A DNA stretch of 60,795 bases, taken from the IMG/VR virus record IMGVR_UViG_3300012078_000002, positions 1-60,795 of that record. One strand, 5' to 3'. Position numbers and translations under genes: made by a program. Of this stretch, positions 7,675-14,991 are shown one piece after another (position 1 is the stretch's first letter; every line of letters starts with the position of its first letter). This DNA is from a virus. Under the pieces are notes generated by a model. It saw only the letters and a program-made list of their open reading frames with translations. It ran no database searches and was not told where the DNA came from.

Positions 7675-8070
7675 TTACACCTCCCGGCATCTGCGCAAAT
7701 GCTCCACTCCGCGAAGGTCGAAGAAATCGGCCATGTTGTTATTCAAGTACAGCGGGACTCTTGTCCGGCCGCGCTCCGGCAGATCAATCCCGAATTCCTG
7801 ATCGCCAAATGTGCATTGGGCTGTTTTTCCGCAGCTCGTTGTGATCCTGCAAACAGTTTTAAGTAGCGGAATAGCAACGGTTTCACCCGACAGCAATATT
7901 GTAACAGGAAGGCTTTCTCCGGCCTCCGGCAACGGGGATGTTAACACCAGACAGTATTTTGTGCTTGGTTCTAAAGCCGTGGGGCCGGTTACGGTGATTT
8001 GTAAATTTGTACCGACTACAGCGATAGCAGTTGATACAAGTTTTGTGAAGCAATTCTTACATGCACTCAT
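7675..8070 (-). CDS. hypothetical Cys-containing beta-rich protein (131 aa)
   Basis: ORF track. AAAGGAG upstream. N-terminal MSACKNCF plus four further Cys. No family recognised with confidence. Confidence 0.65.
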   Translation of the reverse strand: MSACKNCFTKLVSTAIAVVGTNLQITVTGPTALEPSTKYCLVLTSPLPEAGESLPVTILLSGETVAIPLLKTVCRITTSCGKTAQCTFGDQEFGIDLPERGRTRVPLYLNNNMADFFDLRGVEHLRRCREV

Positions 8071-8084
8071 TTTTAAATTCTCCT

Positions 8085-8333
8085 TTAAATTTTTTGATTT
8101 ATCTGTTTAAGTTGCTCGATCATTTCGGCGGTATTTAATGCATTGCGCCTGGTATTTTCCAGATTTTCTTTTGTCAACTCAAGGGTTCTCATATTGATCA
8201 ACAGATTATTCACCGCAACGGTTAGAATTGCGGCGGTCAAAAGAGATCCCCACCATGCACCCACAGAGCTGCGTATAGCAATCTCGCTATCGGTAATCGG
8301 TTGTTTCTTCGCCTGAAACCACGGTCGGCTCAT
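8085..8333 (-). CDS. hypothetical membrane protein (82 aa)
   Basis: Start placed at MSRPWFQ behind AAGGCGGTG. One hydrophobic segment (GAWWGSLLTAAILTVAV). Overlaps the upstream ORF by 47 nt. Confidence 0.45.
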   Translation of the reverse strand: MSRPWFQAKKQPITDSEIAIRSSVGAWWGSLLTAAILTVAVNNLLINMRTLELTKENLENTRRNALNTAEMIEQLKQINQKI

Positions 8334-8484
8334 CCGCAACACCGCCTTTGCCCATGAATCCATTCACAGCTTTTTCAATACTTACGCTTGCGCCGTTTAT
8401 GATTCCTATAAATTTCTTTCTTTTTTCCGGATTTTCGATTAATGTTCCGGCGTATAACAACCCCAAAACTTGAAGCAATGGCAT
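8287..8484 (-). CDS. hypothetical protein (65 aa)
   Basis: ORF track. GAGGTGA upstream. Confidence 0.5.
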   Translation of the reverse strand: MPLLQVLGLLYAGTLIENPEKRKKFIGIINGASVSIEKAVNGFMGKGGVADEPTVVSGEETTDYR

Positions 8485-8503
8485 CTATTCACCTCATCTT
8501 TCC

Positions 8504-8532
8504 TTGTATTTGTACGGTTTTCATGGTATAAT
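8504..8532 (+). promoter_or_regulatory. candidate promoter of the HNH/AP2 gene
   Basis: TTGTAT, 17 nt, TATAAT. Confidence 0.5.
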
Positions 8533-8535
8533 AAT

Positions 8536-8593
8536 TATGGTATGGATAGGGTAGCTCCCGAATGGCGGTTTCCCGATCGCCCTCCATACCATA
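8536..8593 (+). promoter_or_regulatory. long interrupted hairpin in the 5' leader of the HNH/AP2 gene
   Basis: TATGGTATGGA(ta)GGG pairs with CCCTCCATACCATA: 14 bp with a 2-nt bulge and a 28-nt loop. Confidence 0.5.
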
Positions 8594-8632
8594 AACATTC
8601 GGGACGACAAATTACGGGAGGTTTGTATTTTT

Positions 8633-9295
8633 ATGCCAAATTTCATTGATTTAACGGGACAAAAATTCGGGAGGTGGGTAGTACTTGAACGCGCCGAGAA
8701 TGACAGGAACAAAAATACACGATGGTTATGTCGCTGCAAATGCTCAAAAGAACGCATCGTGCAAGGAGATCATCTTAAAAGCGGTGCGTCCACAAGTTGC
8801 AGGTGTTTTCGTAATGAATTCACGCAGAAAAGAAGCAAAACGCACGGGATTAGCAAATCTCCATTATATTCATGCTGGGTCCATATGTGGCAACGTTGCA
8901 CAAATCCGAGAGACAAGAGCTACATAAATTACGGCGGCAGGGGCATAAAAATAGATAGCAAGTGGCAGGATTTCGAGCCGTTTAGGGATTGGGCATTATC
9001 ACATGGTTATTCAAACGATTTGACTATTGACCGTATAAACGTAAATGGTGACTATACGCCGTCTAATTGCCAATGGACAAACAGGCTTGAACAAAACCGC
9101 AATCAAAGGGTGCGCTCGGATAATACAAGCGGATGTCGGGGCGTATGCTGGGATAAAAGAAGCAATAAATGGCATGTCACGATAAGCATTAATGGAAAGT
9201 CCAAGCATATTAAATATTGTGTAGATATAAACGATGCCATTATAGCCCGCAAGAATGCCGAACTTAAATATTGGAAAAAAGAGAAAAGCGACTAA
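8633..9295 (+). CDS. free-standing HNH-like/AP2-domain homing-endonuclease-like protein
   Basis: LTGQKFGRWVVL..WLCRCKC, IDRINVNGDYTPSNCQWTNRLEQNRN, and the AP2-like segment SGCRGVCWDKRSNKWHVTISINGK. Opposite strand to its neighbours. Confidence 0.75.
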   Translation: MPNFIDLTGQKFGRWVVLERAENDRNKNTRWLCRCKCSKERIVQGDHLKSGASTSCRCFRNEFTQKRSKTHGISKSPLYSCWVHMWQRCTNPRDKSYINYGGRGIKIDSKWQDFEPFRDWALSHGYSNDLTIDRINVNGDYTPSNCQWTNRLEQNRNQRVRSDNTSGCRGVCWDKRSNKWHVTISINGKSKHIKYCVDINDAIIARKNAELKYWKKEKSD

Positions 9296-9348
9296 TGCCG
9301 CTTTTCTTTCACTTTAACGGCAAATGTACGATTCGCTATTCAATTTCG

Positions 9349-9891
9349 TTAGCACCAACCATTGCCACGATCATCGCGATCCCCGCGTCCGCATCTGTCA
9401 ATACCTCTAACACATGCGCTGACTGTCTCCGCAAATACGGGTGTTACGTTGGGCTTGTGTTCAAGTTCGCGCTCGATCATGCCGAATTTAGCGTTCAGAT
9501 TCTCCTGAAGCTCTGCGAACATGCCGCTGACAAACAGCTGATTCTTCTGCTCCTGGATAACCATGTCTTTTTCAAGCAGCTTTCTTTCCAGATTCTTTTC
9601 GTAAATCTTGTTCTGTTCGATAATACCGGCATCCCTGGACGTGACAACATCCTTATCAATCTGACAATTGCTTACGCAGCAACAAGGATTAGTGAATCGG
9701 CTACGAACTTCGTCAAAGTCGCGATCATGATTATGTCCTTCGCCACAACGGCCACCAAACAGCCCACCGCCAGAAAAACAAGCGAAAAACAGCAAAATGA
9801 TGATCAGAAATCCCAGGCCACCGCCACCGCCGAGGCCCCAACCGAGGCCACCGCCGCCAATGGAGTCATTTTCAATACTATAACTTGCCAT
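9349..9891 (-). CDS. Gly-rich membrane protein with Cys clusters and a coiled-coil
   Basis: GGGGLGWGLGGGGGLGFLIIILLFFACFSGGGLFGG (YjcZ-like from memory), then NPCCCVSNC, a heptad-like region, and C-terminal CGRGDRDDRGNGWC. AAAGGAG upstream. Confidence 0.65.
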   Translation of the reverse strand: MASYSIENDSIGGGGLGWGLGGGGGLGFLIIILLFFACFSGGGLFGGRCGEGHNHDRDFDEVRSRFTNPCCCVSNCQIDKDVVTSRDAGIIEQNKIYEKNLERKLLEKDMVIQEQKNQLFVSGMFAELQENLNAKFGMIERELEHKPNVTPVFAETVSACVRGIDRCGRGDRDDRGNGWC

Positions 9892-9950
9892 GTTTTTTAT
9901 CTCCTTTCATGATTTTTTATGTTAAAGGCAGAAGCCTATAAACATCTGTT

Positions 9951-10355
9951 TTATTTCATTCTGTCAAGCTTCTCGCGATATGAATTTGCCGGAGTACCTG
10001 TCTGCCGAGTGGGGAAAGACTGGCTTGCGCTGAAATTAGATGGCGCTTGTCTATATTGCGATTCCTGGAATCGATCTTTTATTTTATTGAGACTTAAGCC
10101 GTTGCTTGATAGAATGCCATTTACAGCTATTTTGACGGCGGGATTTCGGTCCAGTATGGTCGATATCCTGTTAACCATGGGTGCGCCCCCAACGGCATCA
10201 ATGGCTCTGTACAATCCCTCTTCGCTGCTACCAAACTGCTTTGCGCCCTGGATGGCCTGATCAAGCATCTGTTTGCTTTCGGGATTTGACTGTATCTTTG
10301 CCGCTGCGTTTTTGCTCACCTTGCTCACTGTTCTCACCAATGAATTTAGATCCAT
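9951..10355 (-). CDS. hypothetical protein (134 aa)
   Basis: ORF track. ATGGAGGAAAAAA precedes the ATG. Confidence 0.6.
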   Translation of the reverse strand: MDLNSLVRTVSKVSKNAAAKIQSNPESKQMLDQAIQGAKQFGSSEEGLYRAIDAVGGAPMVNRISTILDRNPAVKIAVNGILSSNGLSLNKIKDRFQESQYRQAPSNFSASQSFPTRQTGTPANSYREKLDRMK

Positions 10356-10683
10356 TTTTTTCCTCCATCTTTGTTATTTTGTCAGAAAGTTTTTGAATAG
10401 TAGCCAGAAGAGTCGCATTGATTTCCTGTTGCTGTATTGCCTGCTTTTGCAACAACTCTTCTGCTGACTTCGGCGGCACAATGTCGCCCAGCTCCACAAG
10501 GCGGTTGTAAAACCCCTCTGCCTTTGTTATGGCTTCGCTTAGCGTTGATTCCAGCTCGTTGCAATACTCAAGTGTGTGACCTATCAGGACCTGCTGGTTT
10601 GATTGAAATTCCAGGATATCCCTCCCGGCGATAACGCGGGTTGGATAACTGTTTATGGTCCCATTTTCAAAAGAATAATTCAT
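10261..10683 (-). CDS. hypothetical protein (140 aa)
   Basis: ORF track. AGGAGGGG upstream. Its 3' end overlaps the next gene by 95 nt. Confidence 0.6.
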   Translation of the reverse strand: MNYSFENGTINSYPTRVIAGRDILEFQSNQQVLIGHTLEYCNELESTLSEAITKAEGFYNRLVELGDIVPPKSAEELLQKQAIQQQEINATLLATIQKLSDKITKMEEKNGSKFIGENSEQGEQKRSGKDTVKSRKQTDA

Positions 10684-10844
10684 TCATGCCCCTCCTGTAA
10701 TCCCATAGATATTTCTCCAATCAATGCCAAAACATTTAGATTGTCCGCGCAATCAATGGATAAATAGAAATCAAACATATCCTCCGCTTCTGCCTCTTTG
10801 TATCCGATCCGCGTCATCCGGTCAACAAACTGCTTTTCACTCAT
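10680..10844 (-). CDS. hypothetical protein (54 aa)
   Basis: Hand-translated: MSEKQFVDRMTRIGYKEAEAEDMFDFYLSIDCADNLNVLALIGEISMGLQEGHE. ATGA overlap with the upstream gene and a 4-nt overlap (ATGA) with the downstream gene. Confidence 0.5.
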   Translation of the reverse strand: MSEKQFVDRMTRIGYKEAEAEDMFDFYLSIDCADNLNVLALIGEISMGLQEGHE

Positions 10845-11086
10845 ATAATTTTCCGTACCTCCGCCATAAAGTCACCCAGCGACACACCGTAGCTTCTGGC
10901 AACACTCTCGCCGCACTGAATACCGTTTTGCAGCATTGCTTTGAACCGCTCCCGTTGTGCGTCGCCCATGCCATTCACAAAGAGTCTGGCGCAGTTCTCG
11001 GCAGTGACTGAATGGCTATCGGTTTCTTTCTTTTTGCCGGCCGGTGCATTCTTGGATGCCGGTGGCTGAATTAAATTACTTACCAT
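10841..11086 (-). CDS. hypothetical protein (81 aa)
   Basis: Start moved to MVSNLIQPP behind GGGAGG. Confidence 0.5.
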   Translation of the reverse strand: MVSNLIQPPASKNAPAGKKKETDSHSVTAENCARLFVNGMGDAQRERFKAMLQNGIQCGESVARSYGVSLGDFMAEVRKII

Positions 11087-11234
11087 CTCCAAACCTCCCG
11101 TAAGCCATGCTAAGGACGATGCATGCAGCTTCAATAAAATCCTTGCTGAAATGCTTCTTTTCCTTGGCTTCCTTGATTGCGTCAAGCGTCATTTCTGTTA
11201 AATCTGTCAAGGCTTCGTCTAATTTGTTAATCAC
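11076..11234 (-). CDS. hypothetical protein (52 aa, GTG start)
   Basis: ACAGGAGG, 7 nt, then GTG. The ATG at 11258 given in the track has no SD. Confidence 0.45.
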   Translation of the reverse strand: MINKLDEALTDLTEMTLDAIKEAKEKKHFSKDFIEAACIVLSMAYGRFGDGK

Positions 11235-11349
11235 GCTGAAACCTCCTGTCACGTTCATTTCTTATATGGTAATTTTAAGGGATTTAGGGGAAAGAAAAGC
11301 ATTTGAATAATGCTTATAAAGTTTGGAAAAAGTGTTAGAAAAATGCAAT

Positions 11350-11382
11350 AAAAAAAGAGACCTCCTACATTAAGGAAGTCCC
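11350..11382 (-). terminator. intrinsic terminator
   Basis: The minus strand reads GGGACTTCC-ttaatgta-GGAGGTCTC (9 bp, two G-U pairs) followed by TTTTTTT. Confidence 0.7.
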
Positions 11383-11394
11383 TTGTGCCTGAAT

Positions 11395-11718
11395 CTATTT
11401 CATTTTTCTCTTGCCAGCGTTTGCCGGATATAGTACGACTGGCAAGCCGTCCGGCTGATTCTTGAAAAAGGCAGAATTTCTATAGTCCAGGGTATACCCA
11501 TTATCAAGGGCGAACTTGGCGCAGTCGGGATACTTTTCAATGTGTGCCGTTACCCTACCAGCAAAAAGAATATATCCGTTTTTGTCGTAATCAGCGCTCT
11601 TTAATTCGTCAAGACTTTCTGAAATGCAATCCAGAATATTTTTTAACACCAGATTTTCCAGTTCTAATTTTTCCATCCTCGTCATTTCGTCTCCTTTCGC
11701 TTCGCTCTTATTTTTCAT
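11395..11718 (-). CDS. hypothetical protein (107 aa)
   Basis: ORF track. ATGA overlap with the upstream small ORF. Confidence 0.65.
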   Translation of the reverse strand: MKNKSEAKGDEMTRMEKLELENLVLKNILDCISESLDELKSADYDKNGYILFAGRVTAHIEKYPDCAKFALDNGYTLDYRNSAFFKNQPDGLPVVLYPANAGKRKMK

Positions 11719-11846
11719 GACACCTTACTGCTCTTCTGTGTGTATACGCTTTTTACAAGAATATATACGCGCCTCACAAAAGTATCACTGCCAATTTTAT
11801 CTAAGTAATCCACGATTGATTTAATATACGTTTCGCGTTCGGTCAT
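11715..11846 (-). CDS. small protein, paralog 2 (43 aa)
   Basis: MTERETYIKSIVDYLDKIGSDTFVRRVYILVKSVYTQKSSKVS. GGAGGTAA upstream. ATGA overlaps on both sides. Confidence 0.5.
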   Translation of the reverse strand: MTERETYIKSIVDYLDKIGSDTFVRRVYILVKSVYTQKSSKVS

Positions 11847-11968
11847 AATTTTTTACCTCCTCCGCACATGCTTCTCACAAAGTAGTACGCGCACCTTGTC
11901 AGTGTCACATTATTAGTTCTCTTTAATATTTCCATAATTAACTTGATGTACTCCTTATGTTCTGCCAT
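11843..11968 (-). CDS. small protein, paralog 1 (41 aa)
   Basis: MAEHKEYIKLIMEILKRTNNVTLTRCAYYFVRSMCGGGKKL. GGGAGAT upstream. Confidence 0.45.
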   Translation of the reverse strand: MAEHKEYIKLIMEILKRTNNVTLTRCAYYFVRSMCGGGKKL

Positions 11969-11983
11969 GATTTATATCTCCCT

Positions 11984-12802
11984 TCATCTCTGCACGCCGT
12001 ATATGGCCTGATGTTTTTTTACTATTCCTTCAAAAATCTGCCGCAATTGCTTATCTTTGCTGATAACATCCATCTTTGTCAATGTTTTTGCTTCGGTTTT
12101 AGTAGCTCCTCGCCTCACCATATCTTTTCTGCGACGGATTAAGCGGCTGCCCAATAAGATGCCGGAACTTTCCTCCAGTTCTTTGTATATCATTCCCCGG
12201 AACTTGACCGGGCTTAAATGATATGTCGCTACCATCACATTGATTGCGCCGTTCATATCAGCACTCCAGTGGTCAATGCTCGGGTTTGCAAACACTTTCA
12301 AAGTGGTTTCCAGCTTCGTCGCTGATTCCTGCGCTGTCTGCTCAATAACGGCAAGGCGCTGGTCTTGGATTTCCAGCAGTTGTCCCTGCGCTTCCAACTT
12401 TCGTTCAAGTTCTACCGTGTTCCGCGCCATTTGCAACATCATCTCGGCTTGTGTAAGCTGCGGGAGATTATAGCCTCCTTGTTTGCGGATGGCCGGAAGT
12501 ACTTCGGCGGTGACCCAACGCTTGAATTTCTTGGCGCTGGGCAATTCACTCATGATGACAAGGGCATACATGCCGGATTCATTAATGAGAATTGTATCGA
12601 TTGTTTTACTGATACTCTGCGGATGAGGTATACCCCGTTTCAGGGTATCCTCTGAATCCACATGCCGCACCACAGCGTCATAAGGCTTTACGTAACCCAA
12701 GGCCAGCGCGATATCCCGCCCTACAAACCATGCTTCATTATCAATTTCTACTGTTCTAACTTCCCCAAATTCTGGATTATTAAAAATCTGTAATTCATTC
12801 AT
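11984..12802 (-). CDS. BRO-N domain protein (prophage antirepressor-like)
   Basis: MNELQIFNNPEFGEVRTVEIDNEAWFVGRDIALALGY...NESGMYALVIMSELPSAKKFKRWVTAEVLPAIRK is a typical Bro-N domain. AAGGAGG upstream. Confidence 0.8.
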   Translation of the reverse strand: MNELQIFNNPEFGEVRTVEIDNEAWFVGRDIALALGYVKPYDAVVRHVDSEDTLKRGIPHPQSISKTIDTILINESGMYALVIMSELPSAKKFKRWVTAEVLPAIRKQGGYNLPQLTQAEMMLQMARNTVELERKLEAQGQLLEIQDQRLAVIEQTAQESATKLETTLKVFANPSIDHWSADMNGAINVMVATYHLSPVKFRGMIYKELEESSGILLGSRLIRRRKDMVRRGATKTEAKTLTKMDVISKDKQLRQIFEGIVKKHQAIYGVQR

Positions 12803-12823
12803 AATAAAAAACCTCCTTTTTTA

Positions 12824-12878
12824 TTGCAAACTAATCCGCAAAAAGGTATAATATATTTACCTTGCTCGGATTAGTTTG
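12824..12878 (+). promoter_or_regulatory. consensus-like promoter embedded in a 12-bp inverted repeat
   Basis: TTGCAA (12824), 17 nt, TATAAT (12847). Inverted repeat CAAACTAATCCG (12827..12838) / CGGATTAGTTTG (12867..12878). Confidence 0.5.
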
Positions 12879-12927
12879 AGTTTGGTTACTGGGATACTCA
12901 ATTTCACTTCCCAAGGTGTGAGTATCC

Positions 12928-13101
12928 CTATTTTTCTACCCATTTCAAAATTGCTTCTTTTTCAATCCTCCATTCCCTATTTACTTTAAACGCTGCTAAG
13001 TCTCCCTTTTTTATGGCTCTTACCACAGTCTGCTCGCTCGTTTGAAGGAAATCAGCCAATTGCTTCACTGTAACAATATCCGGCAATTTATCCAAACCCA
13101 T
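12928..13101 (-). CDS. HTH_17/excisionase-family DNA-binding protein (57 aa)
   Basis: Hand-translated: MGLDKLPDIVTVKQLADFLQTSEQTVVRAIKKGDLAAFKVNREWRIEKEAILKWVEK. AAAGGAG upstream. Confidence 0.65.
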   Translation of the reverse strand: MGLDKLPDIVTVKQLADFLQTSEQTVVRAIKKGDLAAFKVNREWRIEKEAILKWVEK

Positions 13102-13126
13102 TTTATCAACTCCTTTCTATAACTAT

Positions 13127-13155
13127 ATATTACTATCAACAGCTATCGTTGTCAA
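13127..13155 (-). promoter_or_regulatory. candidate promoter of the HTH/Bro operon
   Basis: The minus strand reads TTGACA, 17 nt, TAATAT. Confidence 0.55.
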
Positions 13156-13177
13156 TACTTTTTTGAAATTATTTTAA

Positions 13178-13206
13178 TTGCTTTTTCCCGCTATTTACCA
13201 TATAAT
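13178..13206 (+). promoter_or_regulatory. candidate promoter of the PH-domain gene
   Basis: TTGCTT, 17 nt, TATAAT. Confidence 0.55.
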
Positions 13207-13237
13207 AATTTCATCAAAAGAAAAGGGGATACAGACC

Positions 13238-13756
13238 ATGGGAAACTACATTAAAAAATCAGTTAATCAAAACCAAAAGGAAAATGTAATGTTAGAAACA
13301 GGGGCGCACTGGGTGTCGCTCATAGCCCCCGGGGCCGTGGCCGCCTTCTTTGTATTATTAGCATTTGACGTAGGTAGGTCAGATATATCCGGCGCATTAA
13401 TTCTTTTGTTTTTAGCATTTCTCGTCATCTGCCGACCACTAATCAATGTATTAACCACCGAATTGGGGTTTTCCAACAAACGCATAATCGGTAAGCGTGG
13501 TTTAATTAAAACAAAATCAATGGATTCTCCGCTTAGTAAAATCAACAATGTTGCCGTTAATAACGGACTGCTCGGAAAGATACTCGGATATGGAAATATA
13601 GTTATTACAACATCCTCTGGAATTTATCCATATAGATCAATCGCAAAGCCGGAGCAATTCAAGACGGCACTCATGAACCAAATAGATCAATATGACGAAG
13701 ATAGAATTAAGAAACAGGCCACTGAAATGGCAAACGCGATAAATACAGCGCAATAA
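13238..13756 (+). CDS. membrane protein with bacterial PH (bPH_2/YdbS-like) domain
   Basis: Two TM helices, then FSNKRIIGKRGLIKTKSMDSPLSKINNVAVNNGLLGKILGYGNIVI. Start moved to MGNYIKK behind AAAGGGGA. Confidence 0.7.
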   Translation: MGNYIKKSVNQNQKENVMLETGAHWVSLIAPGAVAAFFVLLAFDVGRSDISGALILLFLAFLVICRPLINVLTTELGFSNKRIIGKRGLIKTKSMDSPLSKINNVAVNNGLLGKILGYGNIVITTSSGIYPYRSIAKPEQFKTALMNQIDQYDEDRIKKQATEMANAINTAQ

Positions 13757-13771
13757 GGGGATTTAATAACC

Positions 13772-13802
13772 AAAAGCCAGCAATTAAATTTGCTGGCTTT
13801 TT
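13772..13802. terminator. bidirectional intrinsic terminator
   Basis: AAAA-GCCAGCAA-ttaaat-TTGCTGGC-TTTTT between convergent genes. Confidence 0.8.
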
Positions 13803-13810
13803 GAAATGCT

Positions 13811-14332
13811 CTATATAACAAATCTAATATCAAACTGAGTTATTTGCTTCGTGCTTTCATTATATATAATCCATATTTCAGAAATTTCATCGGTTACATT
13901 TGTGCACCTATAGGCTTCGCCCGTATCAGCCACAATATTCATGTTATCGTTGGGTATAATTTTTAAAGATTCCCAAAACCATTCCTCAGAAACATATGTC
14001 ATAGCCGTCGCCCCGATAATCTGTATCCTTGACACGCAACCATCTTCAAGGCTAATGAAGACATATCCGCCATCATTCCCTTTGTAACTTATTTTTTCAG
14101 CATCTTGCGTAGCAGGTTCGCCAATAATCGATATCGCATTATCCACACTTTTTCCGCCAGTAGATATAAGTGTTCTCATAATAGCGTATTCATCATTGAC
14201 ATTAGTACTTTCAGCCTTGGAACTTGGCGCTGCTTCTTTTGTTTGCGCGTCGCTAAGGCCGGTTTTTCTACCACGAGCCACAAACATTCCTACTATAAAA
14301 ACTAATATAAGAATAATTCCGAATTTCTTCAT
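13811..14332 (-). CDS. secreted or membrane-anchored protein (signal-peptide-like N-terminus)
   Basis: MKKFGIILILVFIVGMFVARG. The start is ambiguous: 14365, 14341 or 14332. Confidence 0.6.
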   Translation of the reverse strand: MKKFGIILILVFIVGMFVARGRKTGLSDAQTKEAAPSSKAESTNVNDEYAIMRTLISTGGKSVDNAISIIGEPATQDAEKISYKGNDGGYVFISLEDGCVSRIQIIGATAMTYVSEEWFWESLKIIPNDNMNIVADTGEAYRCTNVTDEISEIWIIYNESTKQITQFDIRFVI

Positions 14333-14457
14333 ATCTCGCATTCTCCTTTTCCTTCTTTTTCTCAATCATACCAGATGGTAAGAAAATTGTCGATAGCCAT
14401 TTGTACGACCGGACAGAAAAGGCACGGTTTCCCATGCCTTGGTTTTGGTTATATGCT

Positions 14458-14697
14458 CTAACCTTCTGTGATTTCTTCGAGGTCGGTCATTAATTCCTCA
14501 ATCGAAAAACTCATATCTTCCAAAGAACTTATATAATCCTGCATCTGTTCGCCGCGTTCGTCATCCTGTAGGTTCTCCGGTATGTTGTCAAATGCTTCCT
14601 GCTCTTCATCTGCCGTAGCACTGATCACGCTCATGGCATGCTCTAACAGCTTTATGGCTTCTTTTAATTGACTCCTTCTTGTTTTATTCATCTTCAT
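14458..14697 (-). CDS. highly acidic small protein (79 aa)
   Basis: ORF track. ...ADEEQEAFDNIPENLQDDERGEQMQDYISSLEDM... AAAGAGAGA upstream. Confidence 0.6.
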   Translation of the reverse strand: MKMNKTRRSQLKEAIKLLEHAMSVISATADEEQEAFDNIPENLQDDERGEQMQDYISSLEDMSFSIEELMTDLEEITEG

Positions 14698-14734
14698 TCT
14701 CTCTTTCTCCCCGGATACCGCCGGGGCCGGTTAA

Positions 14735-14947
14735 TTACTTGTTAATAATTTCCTCTCTTATCCATTCCCTGATTCTCGCTATCCGCTTGCTCAATTCTCT
14801 AATCTCTGTCAAATTCCCTCCGAGGTAGCGCATCACGGATAAATTGCTTTCATAGCTATCTAATAATTCTATCTCAACAGTATAATCAGTTTTTAATGTA
14901 AGGCCATTTTCTAATATGTCAATATTTCTTTTTAAGTTATCCAGCAT
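14735..14947 (-). CDS. hypothetical protein (70 aa)
   Basis: ORF track. GAAAGGAAA upstream. Confidence 0.55.
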   Translation of the reverse strand: MLDNLKRNIDILENGLTLKTDYTVEIELLDSYESNLSVMRYLGGNLTEIRELSKRIARIREWIREEIINK

Positions 14948-14991
14948 CTCATTTCCTTTCCCCCCGTCAAGCCGGTAGGTCAGCTGCTTGC

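Noticed and set aside
9271-9912. Plus-strand ORF of 213 aa opposite the Gly/Cys-rich gene.
   Set aside because: It has no SD and a low-complexity, antisense-looking sequence. The minus-strand ORF has AAAGGAG at the right spacing and coherent TM and coiled-coil features.
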